Origin: an uncultured Roseobacteraceae bacterium
Lineage (GTDB): Bacteria > Bacteroidota > Bacteroidia > Cytophagales > Flammeovirgaceae
Direction: 5' to 3'
DNA: 64,000 nt
NCBI GenBank assembly: GCA_964394585.1
Contig: CAYMYI010000001.1
Span: 8,713 to 72,712, forward strand
Shown here: positions 8,952 through 17,251 of the stretch, one piece after another
How positions within the stretch are numbered: position 1 is the stretch's first letter
Layout of the letters: the number at the start of each line of letters is the position of its first letter
The notes under the pieces: model-generated
The model's database searches: none
Seen by the model: only the letters and a program-made list of their open reading frames with translations
What the model was told of the DNA's origin: nothing
Made by a program: the position numbers and the translations under genes

Positions 8952-10111
8952 ATACGAACCCACACGATAATACCCCTACTTTCCAAGAGATTCAGCAGTA
9001 CCTGCAAGGAAAACTCTCTGCAGAACAGCAACATCAGTTTGAGAAAAAAATGATGAGAAATTCGTTTTGGAACGATGCTGTTGAAGGCTGGAGTATCCTC
9101 GAGGCTTCTGAAAAACGTGAGCAATGGATGCAAGCCGTAGAAAGTAGTTGGCAGCAGGTACATACGCACCCTTCAACAGGGAAACGCATTATCTTATGGC
9201 AAAATATAGGCTCGATTGCCGCAGCGGTAACTTTACTAGTCATGGTAAGTTTTTGGGTAATCTGGGATTCCCCAGCTTCGCTATCCGATAGCTCGTTAGC
9301 GTTCGAAAGCATCTCGGAGCAGCAAGAGGAACGCATGTTTACCATAGAAGATACCACAGCCCCTACCCTACTTCGAGAGCCACTCTCTTCTGAAGCATCA
9401 AAAGAAGACGCTCTCACCGTAGAGCGTTTACCAGAAGAAAAAGAAGTTGAAGCTACGAGGTCAATTGCTAAACAACCTCCTCCTCGTTTTAAAGAAGAAA
9501 AAGTTAGCTCTTCCACGCCTAACGGTTTTCCGATTACGCAAGAAAAACAAACGGTGCCGAGCGAAATACCCACAAAAGCAGCTGCCGAAGAGCAAACGAT
9601 TGCGAGTGTTACTTTTCAAAACGATTCAACCGAAACCAACACCCCAGCAGCTACACTGGCAAGAACCGCTAAGGCTACCCGAGACGAGGCACGCCCTAAT
9701 AGCGAAACAGACGTGAGTGTGCAAGAAGCACTAGAAGAAGACGCTAGCGACGATATTGCCATGCGTTTAAACGCCTCTCCCAATGCTGTAAACCAACATA
9801 AATCGTATGCACCTAATCCGTACCAATTGTACAGTTTAGAGCGCTATGCAGAAGCCATTCCCCTATTGGAAGACTATCAGCGGCGAGCTCCCAAAAATTC
9901 TACGTTGCTTTATCTGCTCAGTGTGTGCTATTTGGAAACAGAACGTCCTAAACAAGCCATTGCCATGCTCTCCAAGCTGAAAAAGAAGGCATTCCCAGCA
10001 TTTGAACCTAAATCGGTCATCAACTTGATTGAAAAGGGAAAAACGCAAGAAGCTCTCGTAGTACTTCGGCAGTATACACTTGTAAACAAAGAACTGATTT
10101 TAAAAGAATGA
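8948..10111 (+). CDS. Putative anti-sigma factor: single-pass membrane protein with C-terminal TPR-like region
   Basis: The ATG at 8948 overlaps the sigma stop (ATGA). It has a short cytoplasmic N-domain, one TM (IGSIAAAVTLLVMVSFWVIW), a long acidic/Ser-Thr-rich linker and a TPR-like C-terminus (YAEAIPLLEDYQ...LLYLLSVCYLE). Confidence 0.55.
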   Translation: MNTNPHDNTPTFQEIQQYLQGKLSAEQQHQFEKKMMRNSFWNDAVEGWSILEASEKREQWMQAVESSWQQVHTHPSTGKRIILWQNIGSIAAAVTLLVMVSFWVIWDSPASLSDSSLAFESISEQQEERMFTIEDTTAPTLLREPLSSEASKEDALTVERLPEEKEVEATRSIAKQPPPRFKEEKVSSSTPNGFPITQEKQTVPSEIPTKAAAEEQTIASVTFQNDSTETNTPAATLARTAKATRDEARPNSETDVSVQEALEEDASDDIAMRLNASPNAVNQHKSYAPNPYQLYSLERYAEAIPLLEDYQRRAPKNSTLLYLLSVCYLETERPKQAIAMLSKLKKKAFPAFEPKSVINLIEKGKTQEALVVLRQYTLVNKELILKE

Positions 10112-10121
10112 CACTCTTTTT

Positions 10122-10973
10122 TTAAACTTTTGAAACCCGTTGTTTGTACCATACATTCAACACGACTCCCGCAATAGTAAGCCCCATACCCACAAAGGCT
10201 AGCCAATCGTAAGTTTCCCCGAAAAAGAAAAAGCCATAGGAGAGCGCAAACACAATGCTCACATAGCGCAGTACCGAAACCTTAGAGATTTCCTCTAATT
10301 GGATGGCGCGGGTCATAAAATATTGTGCAAACTGTGTTACAACACCAATGGTCAGCAAAATTGCCCAATCCCATCCTTGCGGGGGAACCCACTCTACAAA
10401 GTAACAATAAGCCCCTGCTAAAGGAGTAGTTACCAACGGGAAATAAAAGATGATTACCAGGGCATGCTCAGTAGTATTGAGCTTGCGAATAACGTTTTGC
10501 GCCAAGCCTGAAAAAAATGCTGAAAGAATGCCTAATCCTACAAAAATAGGAGCGACGCGAGGATCAAATCCTTCCACTAAAAGAATTCCGCCAAAGGAAA
10601 GTAACAAGAAAAACCACTGTAACCATACCACGCGCTCTTTAAGCATAAAACGCCCAATGAGATTACTAAAAACAGGGGCTAAGTAACCTAATACTACCGC
10701 ACTTGCCAACGGAATATTTTGCAAAACGGTAAAGTACAACATGAGCGCAATAGCTCCGAATACTCCTCGCATGAGTAGCAACCCTTTGCGGGTTCCCCAT
10801 ACCGATACCCCTTGCCCACGCAATAGCGCTACACTCAGCACAAACGAAACCAGCGAACGAAAAAAAACAATTTGTACGGCAGGAATATGCTGTAATAGCT
10901 TGACTAGCAAGCTCATGGTAGAAAAAAAGCTCACGGCGATGAGCATAAATAGCACTCCTTTTGATAACTTCAT
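10122..10973 (-). CDS. EamA/DMT-family transporter
   Basis: Ten hydrophobic helices arranged as two EamA-like halves. Trimmed to the ATG at 10973 (MKLSKGVLFML...). Confidence 0.75.
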   Translation of the reverse strand: MKLSKGVLFMLIAVSFFSTMSLLVKLLQHIPAVQIVFFRSLVSFVLSVALLRGQGVSVWGTRKGLLLMRGVFGAIALMLYFTVLQNIPLASAVVLGYLAPVFSNLIGRFMLKERVVWLQWFFLLLSFGGILLVEGFDPRVAPIFVGLGILSAFFSGLAQNVIRKLNTTEHALVIIFYFPLVTTPLAGAYCYFVEWVPPQGWDWAILLTIGVVTQFAQYFMTRAIQLEEISKVSVLRYVSIVFALSYGFFFFGETYDWLAFVGMGLTIAGVVLNVWYKQRVSKV

Positions 10974-11093
10974 GAAAATGGAAATTGGTATGGAATGCGA
11001 AGGTAGGGGATGCAATTGCCAAGTGCGAATCAATAGGGAATCCCTCAGTTGGTTAGTCTCCTGCTACAAAACTTTTAAGAAAGGGGCCACAGC

Positions 11094-11984
11094 TTAATAC
11101 AACTCATCAAGCTTCATACGTAAATACCGACTGACTGCTAAATAAGCACTGGCGGTACTTACCATCCCTCCTAAACAGACAATTCCTAAAAAGATTGCTG
11201 CATTTAGCCCAAGGTTTTGCAACAATGCCAATTCTTCAATCTGTTGTAAACTATACCAAAGCAACACCGCTAAAATTCCTGAAGCTATACCGCCACTTAA
11301 ACATCCCTGCCACAAAGCTTGCCATAAAAAAGGTTTTTTGATAAACCACCCCGTTGCCCCTACTAATTGCATACTGCGAATGAGAAACCGCTGTGAAAAT
11401 AGGGCGAGTTTGATTGAATTATGGATAAGCACTACAACAGTGATTAAGAAAATAGCGATAAAAACGCCCAATACAATTCCTATTCGGGCAATATTTGCAT
11501 TTATTTTGGCTACCAACCGCTCAGCATATACTACCTCAAATACACCGGAAAGAGTTTGTAGCTCTTGCTGAATGGCTTTCATGTGGTTGCTATCGTAATA
11601 ATCGGAGCGTATGTTTACTAAGAAGGCATCGCGTAGTGGATTTTCCCCCAGAAAACTCACAAAGTCTTCGCCGGTTTCGGCAGCCATTTGTTCTGCCCAT
11701 GCTTCTTTGCTACGATACCGAATGCGCGGTTGGTTTTGTTGTCGATCAATGTAGGGCTTAGAGGCTAATGCATTTTCTAACTTTCCTCGTTCTATTTCCG
11801 ACAGATCGTTGCTGAGCAGTATCTGTACTTCAATATCTTCTTTCAATTTTTGGGTGAGCCGAGAAGCATTCACTGTAAACAGCAAAAAAAGCCCAATCAT
11901 GAATAAGGCAGTGGTAATACTAAAAATCACGTTAGAAGCCGGATAACTTCCTACACGTTTCCGAGGTTGCAGTGCATTTGCCAT
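11094..11984 (-). CDS. ftsX: Cell-division protein FtsX-like permease
   Basis: TM1 plus a periplasmic domain plus three C-terminal TMs, with FtsX-like FLIRSMQLVGATGWFIKKPF. Trimmed to the ATG at 11984, because the 12143 start would overlap the divergent speH-speE gene. Confidence 0.75.
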   Translation of the reverse strand: MANALQPRKRVGSYPASNVIFSITTALFMIGLFLLFTVNASRLTQKLKEDIEVQILLSNDLSEIERGKLENALASKPYIDRQQNQPRIRYRSKEAWAEQMAAETGEDFVSFLGENPLRDAFLVNIRSDYYDSNHMKAIQQELQTLSGVFEVVYAERLVAKINANIARIGIVLGVFIAIFLITVVVLIHNSIKLALFSQRFLIRSMQLVGATGWFIKKPFLWQALWQGCLSGGIASGILAVLLWYSLQQIEELALLQNLGLNAAIFLGIVCLGGMVSTASAYLAVSRYLRMKLDELY

Positions 11985-12134
11985 AGGTTGAGGTTCAAGT
12001 CCGCTTGGTGAAATTAACACACACTTAGCATTTTCGCATAGCTTGTTTGTATCCGAAGTTTTAAAATCAGTCGGAGAGCTAGAAGTTTGCAGAGTTTTAG
12101 CAAACTTGTTCTGCACATCTTTTAATACATCATT

Positions 12135-13397
12135 ATGCCACAACTCAATGCCCTAGGGCGACACCTTATCGCTGAACTGTTCGATTGTCCTTCCTCCCTA
12201 CTACACGAAGTAGATCATGTTAAAGATGCGATGGTAACAGCCGCCCAAAAAGCAAATGCTACCTTAGTGAATGTAACGTTTCATCATTTTGCCCCTTTTG
12301 GAGTTTCAGGAGTCGTAGTAATTCAGGAAAGTCATTTGGCAATCCACACCTGGCCAGAGTATGGCTACGCTTCGGTAGATATTTATACTTGTGGCGATTC
12401 GGTAGATCCGTGGATAGCCCTTTCGAGCTTAGAAAAACAGCTACAAGCACAGCGCGTTTCGTGTATAGAACTTAGCCGCGGGCAAATGAGCCAACTCCCT
12501 GCTTCTCAACCACTACCTACGACAGTACCTCAAGGGGTGCTCCCTGAAAGTACATTTACTGAAGATATTTGGTTTACAGAACGCGCCCAGCATTTAGCGC
12601 TTTCAGTACGCCATGCAGGTACGCTGTTGCACCGAGAGGAAAGTCCTTTTCAAAAAATTGAGGTGTATCAAACAGCGGTGTTTGGTAAAATGCTCGTACT
12701 CAACGGCAGCATTGCCATTACACAGCAAGATGAAAACGCTTACCACGAAATGCTAGTACATGTACCAATGCTCAGCCATCCTTCCCCTAAAAATATTTTG
12801 GTGATTGGTGGCGGCGATGGGGGGGCTATCCGTGAAGTAATGCGCCACTCCGAGGTAGAAAAGGTAACCTTAGTAGAGGTAGACAAACGTGTCTCGGAAG
12901 TATGCAAAATGTTTTTCCCTTCGTTAGAGAGCGCCTTTGCAGATAGCCGCCTTCAGGTAGTGAACCAAGATGCACAAACCTTTATAGCAGAAAGCCAAGA
13001 GAGGTTCGACGTAATCCTCATGGATGCCAATGACCCCTTATACAGCAGCGAGCGCGCTATGGAAAGTAGCTTCTACCAAGCCCTAGAAGAAATTATGAAG
13101 CCTAACGCCAGCTTGGTGGTTCCGCTAGGTTCGCCGGCAATTAACCGAGCCGTATTTCGGCAAAACTTTCGGCTATTACAGCAGGTGTTTACCCCAAAAC
13201 GCGTAACGCATTATTTAGCGTTTACCCCTTCTTATTTAACCGGTATGTGGAGTTTTGCCCTGATAGAGGAAAAAGTGAGTGTAAACTCTGAACGGCAACA
13301 ACGGTTTGTTTCGCTGCATGATTTAAAGTATTACAATGCTGCCATCCATAAAAGTGCATTCCACCACCCTACGTTTGTAAAGCGGCTTTTGCAATGA
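12135..13397 (+). CDS. speE: Fused S-adenosylmethionine decarboxylase proenzyme (SpeH type) and spermidine synthase
   Basis: The N-terminal 115 aa carry the pyruvoyl AdoMetDC signature VVVIQESHLAIHTWPEYGYASVDIYTCG (Glu65-Ser66 cleavage site, Ser codon at 12330-12332). The C-terminal 290 aa carry spermidine synthase motifs (YHEMLVH, LVIGGGDGGAIREV, ILMDANDP). Confidence 0.85.
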   Translation: MPQLNALGRHLIAELFDCPSSLLHEVDHVKDAMVTAAQKANATLVNVTFHHFAPFGVSGVVVIQESHLAIHTWPEYGYASVDIYTCGDSVDPWIALSSLEKQLQAQRVSCIELSRGQMSQLPASQPLPTTVPQGVLPESTFTEDIWFTERAQHLALSVRHAGTLLHREESPFQKIEVYQTAVFGKMLVLNGSIAITQQDENAYHEMLVHVPMLSHPSPKNILVIGGGDGGAIREVMRHSEVEKVTLVEVDKRVSEVCKMFFPSLESAFADSRLQVVNQDAQTFIAESQERFDVILMDANDPLYSSERAMESSFYQALEEIMKPNASLVVPLGSPAINRAVFRQNFRLLQQVFTPKRVTHYLAFTPSYLTGMWSFALIEEKVSVNSERQQRFVSLHDLKYYNAAIHKSAFHHPTFVKRLLQ

Positions 13398-13453
13398 TAT
13401 ACTCGAAACGAATTGAGCAGTTCGCCGCTACGGTTGAAAATGAAGAGGCAATG

Positions 13454-14716
13454 CTAAAACAAGGACTCTACATTTTGTAAAGTGGCACTTTCCGGAGCGA
13501 GCATGCTGGCAATCATGAACGAGATAGACGCTACAACTAGCCCAATCATAAAAATGGTGTAAGCTATCCGCAAGTAGTGGTACTTTTTTCCCAAGACTGA
13601 CCCTATGAAATAAATATCGCGAATCATGCTGCCGTATAGATAGTCGGCATCTTCAATCATTTCTTTCATTCCCCACTCAAAATCTTGGAGTTTCATTTTA
13701 TAGAAATTGCCAAAAAACAACAGGTTTGCGCGTTTTTCTTGAATGTCTTCCTTCGTAAAACGGCCAGAAGTTACGTTAGGACGTGTAGCTAAAATGGCAA
13801 ATACGATGGAGGAAAGGCATACTGTGAGCAATAAAAATGTGGGAATGATAAGGTGTGGGTTGCTATCGAGCTTACGAATGAGCACCCCGATAATGATGGT
13901 GATAATGATAGAGTTGACCGAAATTAGTATGTTGGCTTTGCTATCGGCCATTGAGCTAAAATCCACATGGTTTCGGGAAGTAACACGGAACATGGTTTCA
14001 ATTCCTCTTTCAGGTCGCCCTTCTGCCTTCTCAAGTTTCTTTTTCATTTTCTTGAGCTGCGTACTATCTACTCCTAACTCGCTCATCAAATAGTCTTCTT
14101 CTTGTTTCTTCAGCTTTTTAAGCCGTTTTTCGAGTTTCTTAAGGTTTTTAGCCTTTCCCTCGTTCAAGTTTTCTTGGGCATACGGTGTGAAATATTGATG
14201 TTTTTCCAGAAAAGAGATGTTTTCTTCGAGCCATGCCTGTTCGGTATAAGTCGCCGGTTGGGTATGTTCCCATTCTTGGCGAAGCAAAAGACTTTTCTCG
14301 GCAAATTGCTTGGTTGAAAGGTGGTACAAATCAGCATCGCAGATTACCTGTTCTGCCAATGTTTTGGGGGTTTGAGGCATGCGAGTAGCCTCAATCAGAC
14401 CCTCTACTTGCACAATGCGGGCTTCATCCAGCCCTTCTTTTTGTAAAAATTCACGAGCAGTCTGCTTACTTACCGTTTCGTGGTCGTGGGTATTGGAGTC
14501 GGTGTAGCCAATATCGTGCAGCCATGCAGCAACTAACACCATTTCGAGGGAATCTTCGGGGAGAGCTGAAGCTTCTCCGATTTCTTGGGCAGCCTCTACC
14601 ACTTCTTGAGTATGGGTAAGATCGTGGTAGACAAAATGCGAAGGAAGGCTTTGTAAGTGCATTATGGCAAACGATTGCGCCGCTTCGACAAGTGAGGAGT
14701 GAGGTAATATAGCCAT
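13454..14716 (-). CDS. HD-domain phosphohydrolase fused to a PycTM-like (DUF5706) membrane domain
   Basis: N-terminal HD motif (YHDLTHTQEV...AAWLHDIGY), a Lys-rich coiled linker, then RGIETMFRVTSRNHVDFSSMADSKANILISV plus three TM helices. The C-terminal part resembles the Pycsar-effector/DUF5706 family as I recall it. Confidence 0.65.
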   Translation of the reverse strand: MAILPHSSLVEAAQSFAIMHLQSLPSHFVYHDLTHTQEVVEAAQEIGEASALPEDSLEMVLVAAWLHDIGYTDSNTHDHETVSKQTAREFLQKEGLDEARIVQVEGLIEATRMPQTPKTLAEQVICDADLYHLSTKQFAEKSLLLRQEWEHTQPATYTEQAWLEENISFLEKHQYFTPYAQENLNEGKAKNLKKLEKRLKKLKKQEEDYLMSELGVDSTQLKKMKKKLEKAEGRPERGIETMFRVTSRNHVDFSSMADSKANILISVNSIIITIIIGVLIRKLDSNPHLIIPTFLLLTVCLSSIVFAILATRPNVTSGRFTKEDIQEKRANLLFFGNFYKMKLQDFEWGMKEMIEDADYLYGSMIRDIYFIGSVLGKKYHYLRIAYTIFMIGLVVASISFMIASMLAPESATLQNVESLF

Positions 14717-14726
14717 ACGTTATTTT

Positions 14727-16994
14727 TTACTCGGTAGAAACAGAGGTAGAATTTTGAGAGGAGACATTGCGCTCCATTTTTGGCTTGGGCGGTTGTGTAA
14801 GTTGTTGCGATTCGCGCAGTAAACTCTGCGTATTGAGTGCATTAAGAGCGCTCGCAATGCTAGAAGCTAAATTTATAGTTACCTTTTGGATGAACTCTCT
14901 GCGATAAAGAGGGATTTCCTCTAACGAAGCCACCTCAATCACACCGTAAATCACCTCGTTCATCATGATGGGTTCGAGTAAAATAGCCTTAGGAATCATT
15001 TTCATAAGTCCTGTTCTAATGGCAGGATATTCTGAGGGGATGTCGTTCATGTAAATCGAGTCGCGATCTTGCCAACATTGGCTTACTACACCTTGCCCCC
15101 ATTCAATCTGTAAATTCATGTGTTTTTTGCGCTCGTAGGCATAGCATGCTTTCATTTCCAGCCATTCTTTCTGCCCGTTTTCCCGTTCGATGAGGTACAC
15201 TGCTCCTTGTGCCAACCCTACGTAATTCATAAGAAAATGAAGAGCTTGATCGGTGAGCGATGCCAAATCATGATTATGTTTTCGAAGGATATCGGAAAAC
15301 TGTGCCATCCCCTCGGTAGTCCAGTTGCGCTTTCGATCGTCGTCGGCAACTGACTTCAACTGATCTCGCATTTCAGTGAGCGATTTACCCAGCTGATCTT
15401 CTTCGCCAATAGCTTTAAAACTAGAGTCAAACTGCCCCTGTCCTATTGCTTCGGCAAACTTAGCTGCTTTATCAATTCTATCAATCAAATGGTTCATAGC
15501 GAAAGTAGTTTGTCCAATCTCATCCGTTCCAAACACATTTAACCGTTTCACCGATTTCCCTTCTGATAGCTCCATTAAGGTATTACGCAGTTTTTTAATG
15601 GGTTTTACAAACCAACGCGAGTAAAAGTACCCAAGTAACGAGGTAACCACAAAGATGACCACCATCGCTAGGAAGATGTTGCGTTGTAGGGTATAAATGA
15701 GCGAAAAGGCTTCTTCTTCTTCAATTTCAGAAACGATTGCCCAATCTACGCCTTCGATATCAAGATCGCTGAAGGCACTAAGCGAGCGCGTTCCTCGGTA
15801 GTTTTCAATAATTTCAACGCCGGTTACTCCTTGTAAAGCTAAGCGAGCGGCTTCGGTTTCTACAGGTTGAAATAATAGTGAGGTATTGTGCCGGCGAATG
15901 AGTTCCACTTCTTTGGGTGTGTACATTTTTTCAATAGTTTCAAAAAAACCATCGGGGTTTTCGATAAGCATGCGGGCATCGCTTCGCATTTTAAAGTCGC
16001 TGCCAATCAAGTAGGTTTCGCCGGTTACACCCAAGCCTTCTACTTCCCATTGCTGGTTACCGGTAATAATATTTCGGATAGCATTGGGTGAGATTTGGAA
16101 AGCGAGTACCCCAATTTTTTCTTGCTTATCGAAAATAGGCGATGCAATGAATGCCGCTGGGGCATCGTACGAAGGGGGATATTTTTCGAAGTCGGTCAGC
16201 GCAACAAAATTTTTAAAGGGCGATTCTGCCGCTTTACGAAAAACTTCTGCGATGTTGGAATCGCGATAAGGGCCATCTTTTAAGCTAGTCATGTAATCGA
16301 CTTCTTTAAAAACGGAATAGATGATGCGCCCCGATTCAGGCTCTATCAAGAAAATATCATAAATATCAAACTCTTTGAGGTAATTGCGATAAATGGAATG
16401 ATAACGCGCATGAACATCACTGTACAAGCTTCCATCGTTGCTTTTTTCGAGGAGGTCTTTAGAACCTGTAGGGTATGGGTTTCCGCTAATATAATAGAAT
16501 TGTAGCTTCAGCGAGGCGCTGTTATCAATCATAAACTCTTCTACGGTAGCGGTGGTATCGTTAGAAATTTTTTGCCATGCAGGTAAAAATTCCCCTGCGT
16601 AATAATCGTTCAAACTCACTAGCATAGAGTCTGGCGGTACATCTCCGTAAAAATCATTTTCTAAGAATAAAGAAGCATTTTTAAAATTTTGCATGGCATC
16701 CACAGTCATCCGACTTTCAGAAAGGGTAATCACCTGTTTACGAAGCTGGTCAAAATAATCGGTGATGGCTTGCCGTTTAGTTTCCCTTACCGAGCGTAGC
16801 TGGTCGAACGTTACTTTTTCTAAAGCATTAGTTGCCGAAATATACCCTAGCGCACCAATGGTAAAAATGGCGATGTTTGCCACAATAAATAGGGCTAATT
16901 GTACTTTAAATCGGATGCTGATATTTTCCCAGCGAAATCCCTCTAAAACGTTGTTCTTCGAGGCTGCTGGCTTTTGCGTTTCAGTGCTTTCCAT
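14727..16994 (-). CDS. Membrane sensor: large periplasmic (Cache-like) domain, HAMP and GAF, with no output domain
   Basis: TM1 (FKVQLALFIVANIAIFTIGALGYI), about 400 aa periplasmic region, TM2 followed by HAMP (FVKPIKKLRNTLMELSEGK...DEIGQTTFAMNHLIDRI), then a GAF-like domain (LAQGAVYLIE...VIYGVIEVASL). It ends 10 bp before the HD-PycTM gene. Confidence 0.7.
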   Translation of the reverse strand: MESTETQKPAASKNNVLEGFRWENISIRFKVQLALFIVANIAIFTIGALGYISATNALEKVTFDQLRSVRETKRQAITDYFDQLRKQVITLSESRMTVDAMQNFKNASLFLENDFYGDVPPDSMLVSLNDYYAGEFLPAWQKISNDTTATVEEFMIDNSASLKLQFYYISGNPYPTGSKDLLEKSNDGSLYSDVHARYHSIYRNYLKEFDIYDIFLIEPESGRIIYSVFKEVDYMTSLKDGPYRDSNIAEVFRKAAESPFKNFVALTDFEKYPPSYDAPAAFIASPIFDKQEKIGVLAFQISPNAIRNIITGNQQWEVEGLGVTGETYLIGSDFKMRSDARMLIENPDGFFETIEKMYTPKEVELIRRHNTSLLFQPVETEAARLALQGVTGVEIIENYRGTRSLSAFSDLDIEGVDWAIVSEIEEEEAFSLIYTLQRNIFLAMVVIFVVTSLLGYFYSRWFVKPIKKLRNTLMELSEGKSVKRLNVFGTDEIGQTTFAMNHLIDRIDKAAKFAEAIGQGQFDSSFKAIGEEDQLGKSLTEMRDQLKSVADDDRKRNWTTEGMAQFSDILRKHNHDLASLTDQALHFLMNYVGLAQGAVYLIERENGQKEWLEMKACYAYERKKHMNLQIEWGQGVVSQCWQDRDSIYMNDIPSEYPAIRTGLMKMIPKAILLEPIMMNEVIYGVIEVASLEEIPLYRREFIQKVTINLASSIASALNALNTQSLLRESQQLTQPPKPKMERNVSSQNSTSVSTE

Positions 16995-17251
16995 AGTATG
17001 CTCGTTTCCAAATCGAATCGATTTCCTTGCATTAGTAACTCAACTTTTGTGTCAATTGGTACATAAGCATGGTTACTCTTTGGGTAAATTACATAGAACC
17101 CATAGATATACCAAGAGTTATGCAATTTGAGGATTTCCTTGATTTGGGCAACCTAATTCTGAACGCTTTATAAGGCCCCACTTTCCCGGGCTTCTTCGTT
17201 TCGAGAATACCCACAAAGTACTGAAGTTAGTGAATGCATAGCTACCGAGCG

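Noticed and set aside
9034-9573. Large antisense or alternative-frame ORFs inside confident genes, for example 9034..9573, 36919..37473, 43365..43859, 54761..55342 and 5735..6169.
   Set aside because: These are shadow ORFs opposite or overlapping well-supported genes. Their translations are low-complexity and carry no family signatures.
13454-16994. Calling the HD-PycTM gene a Pycsar anti-phage system.
   Set aside because: No nucleotide cyclase gene is adjacent or anywhere in the window. Only the effector-like membrane domain is present, so it is reported as a PycTM-like module and not as a defence system.
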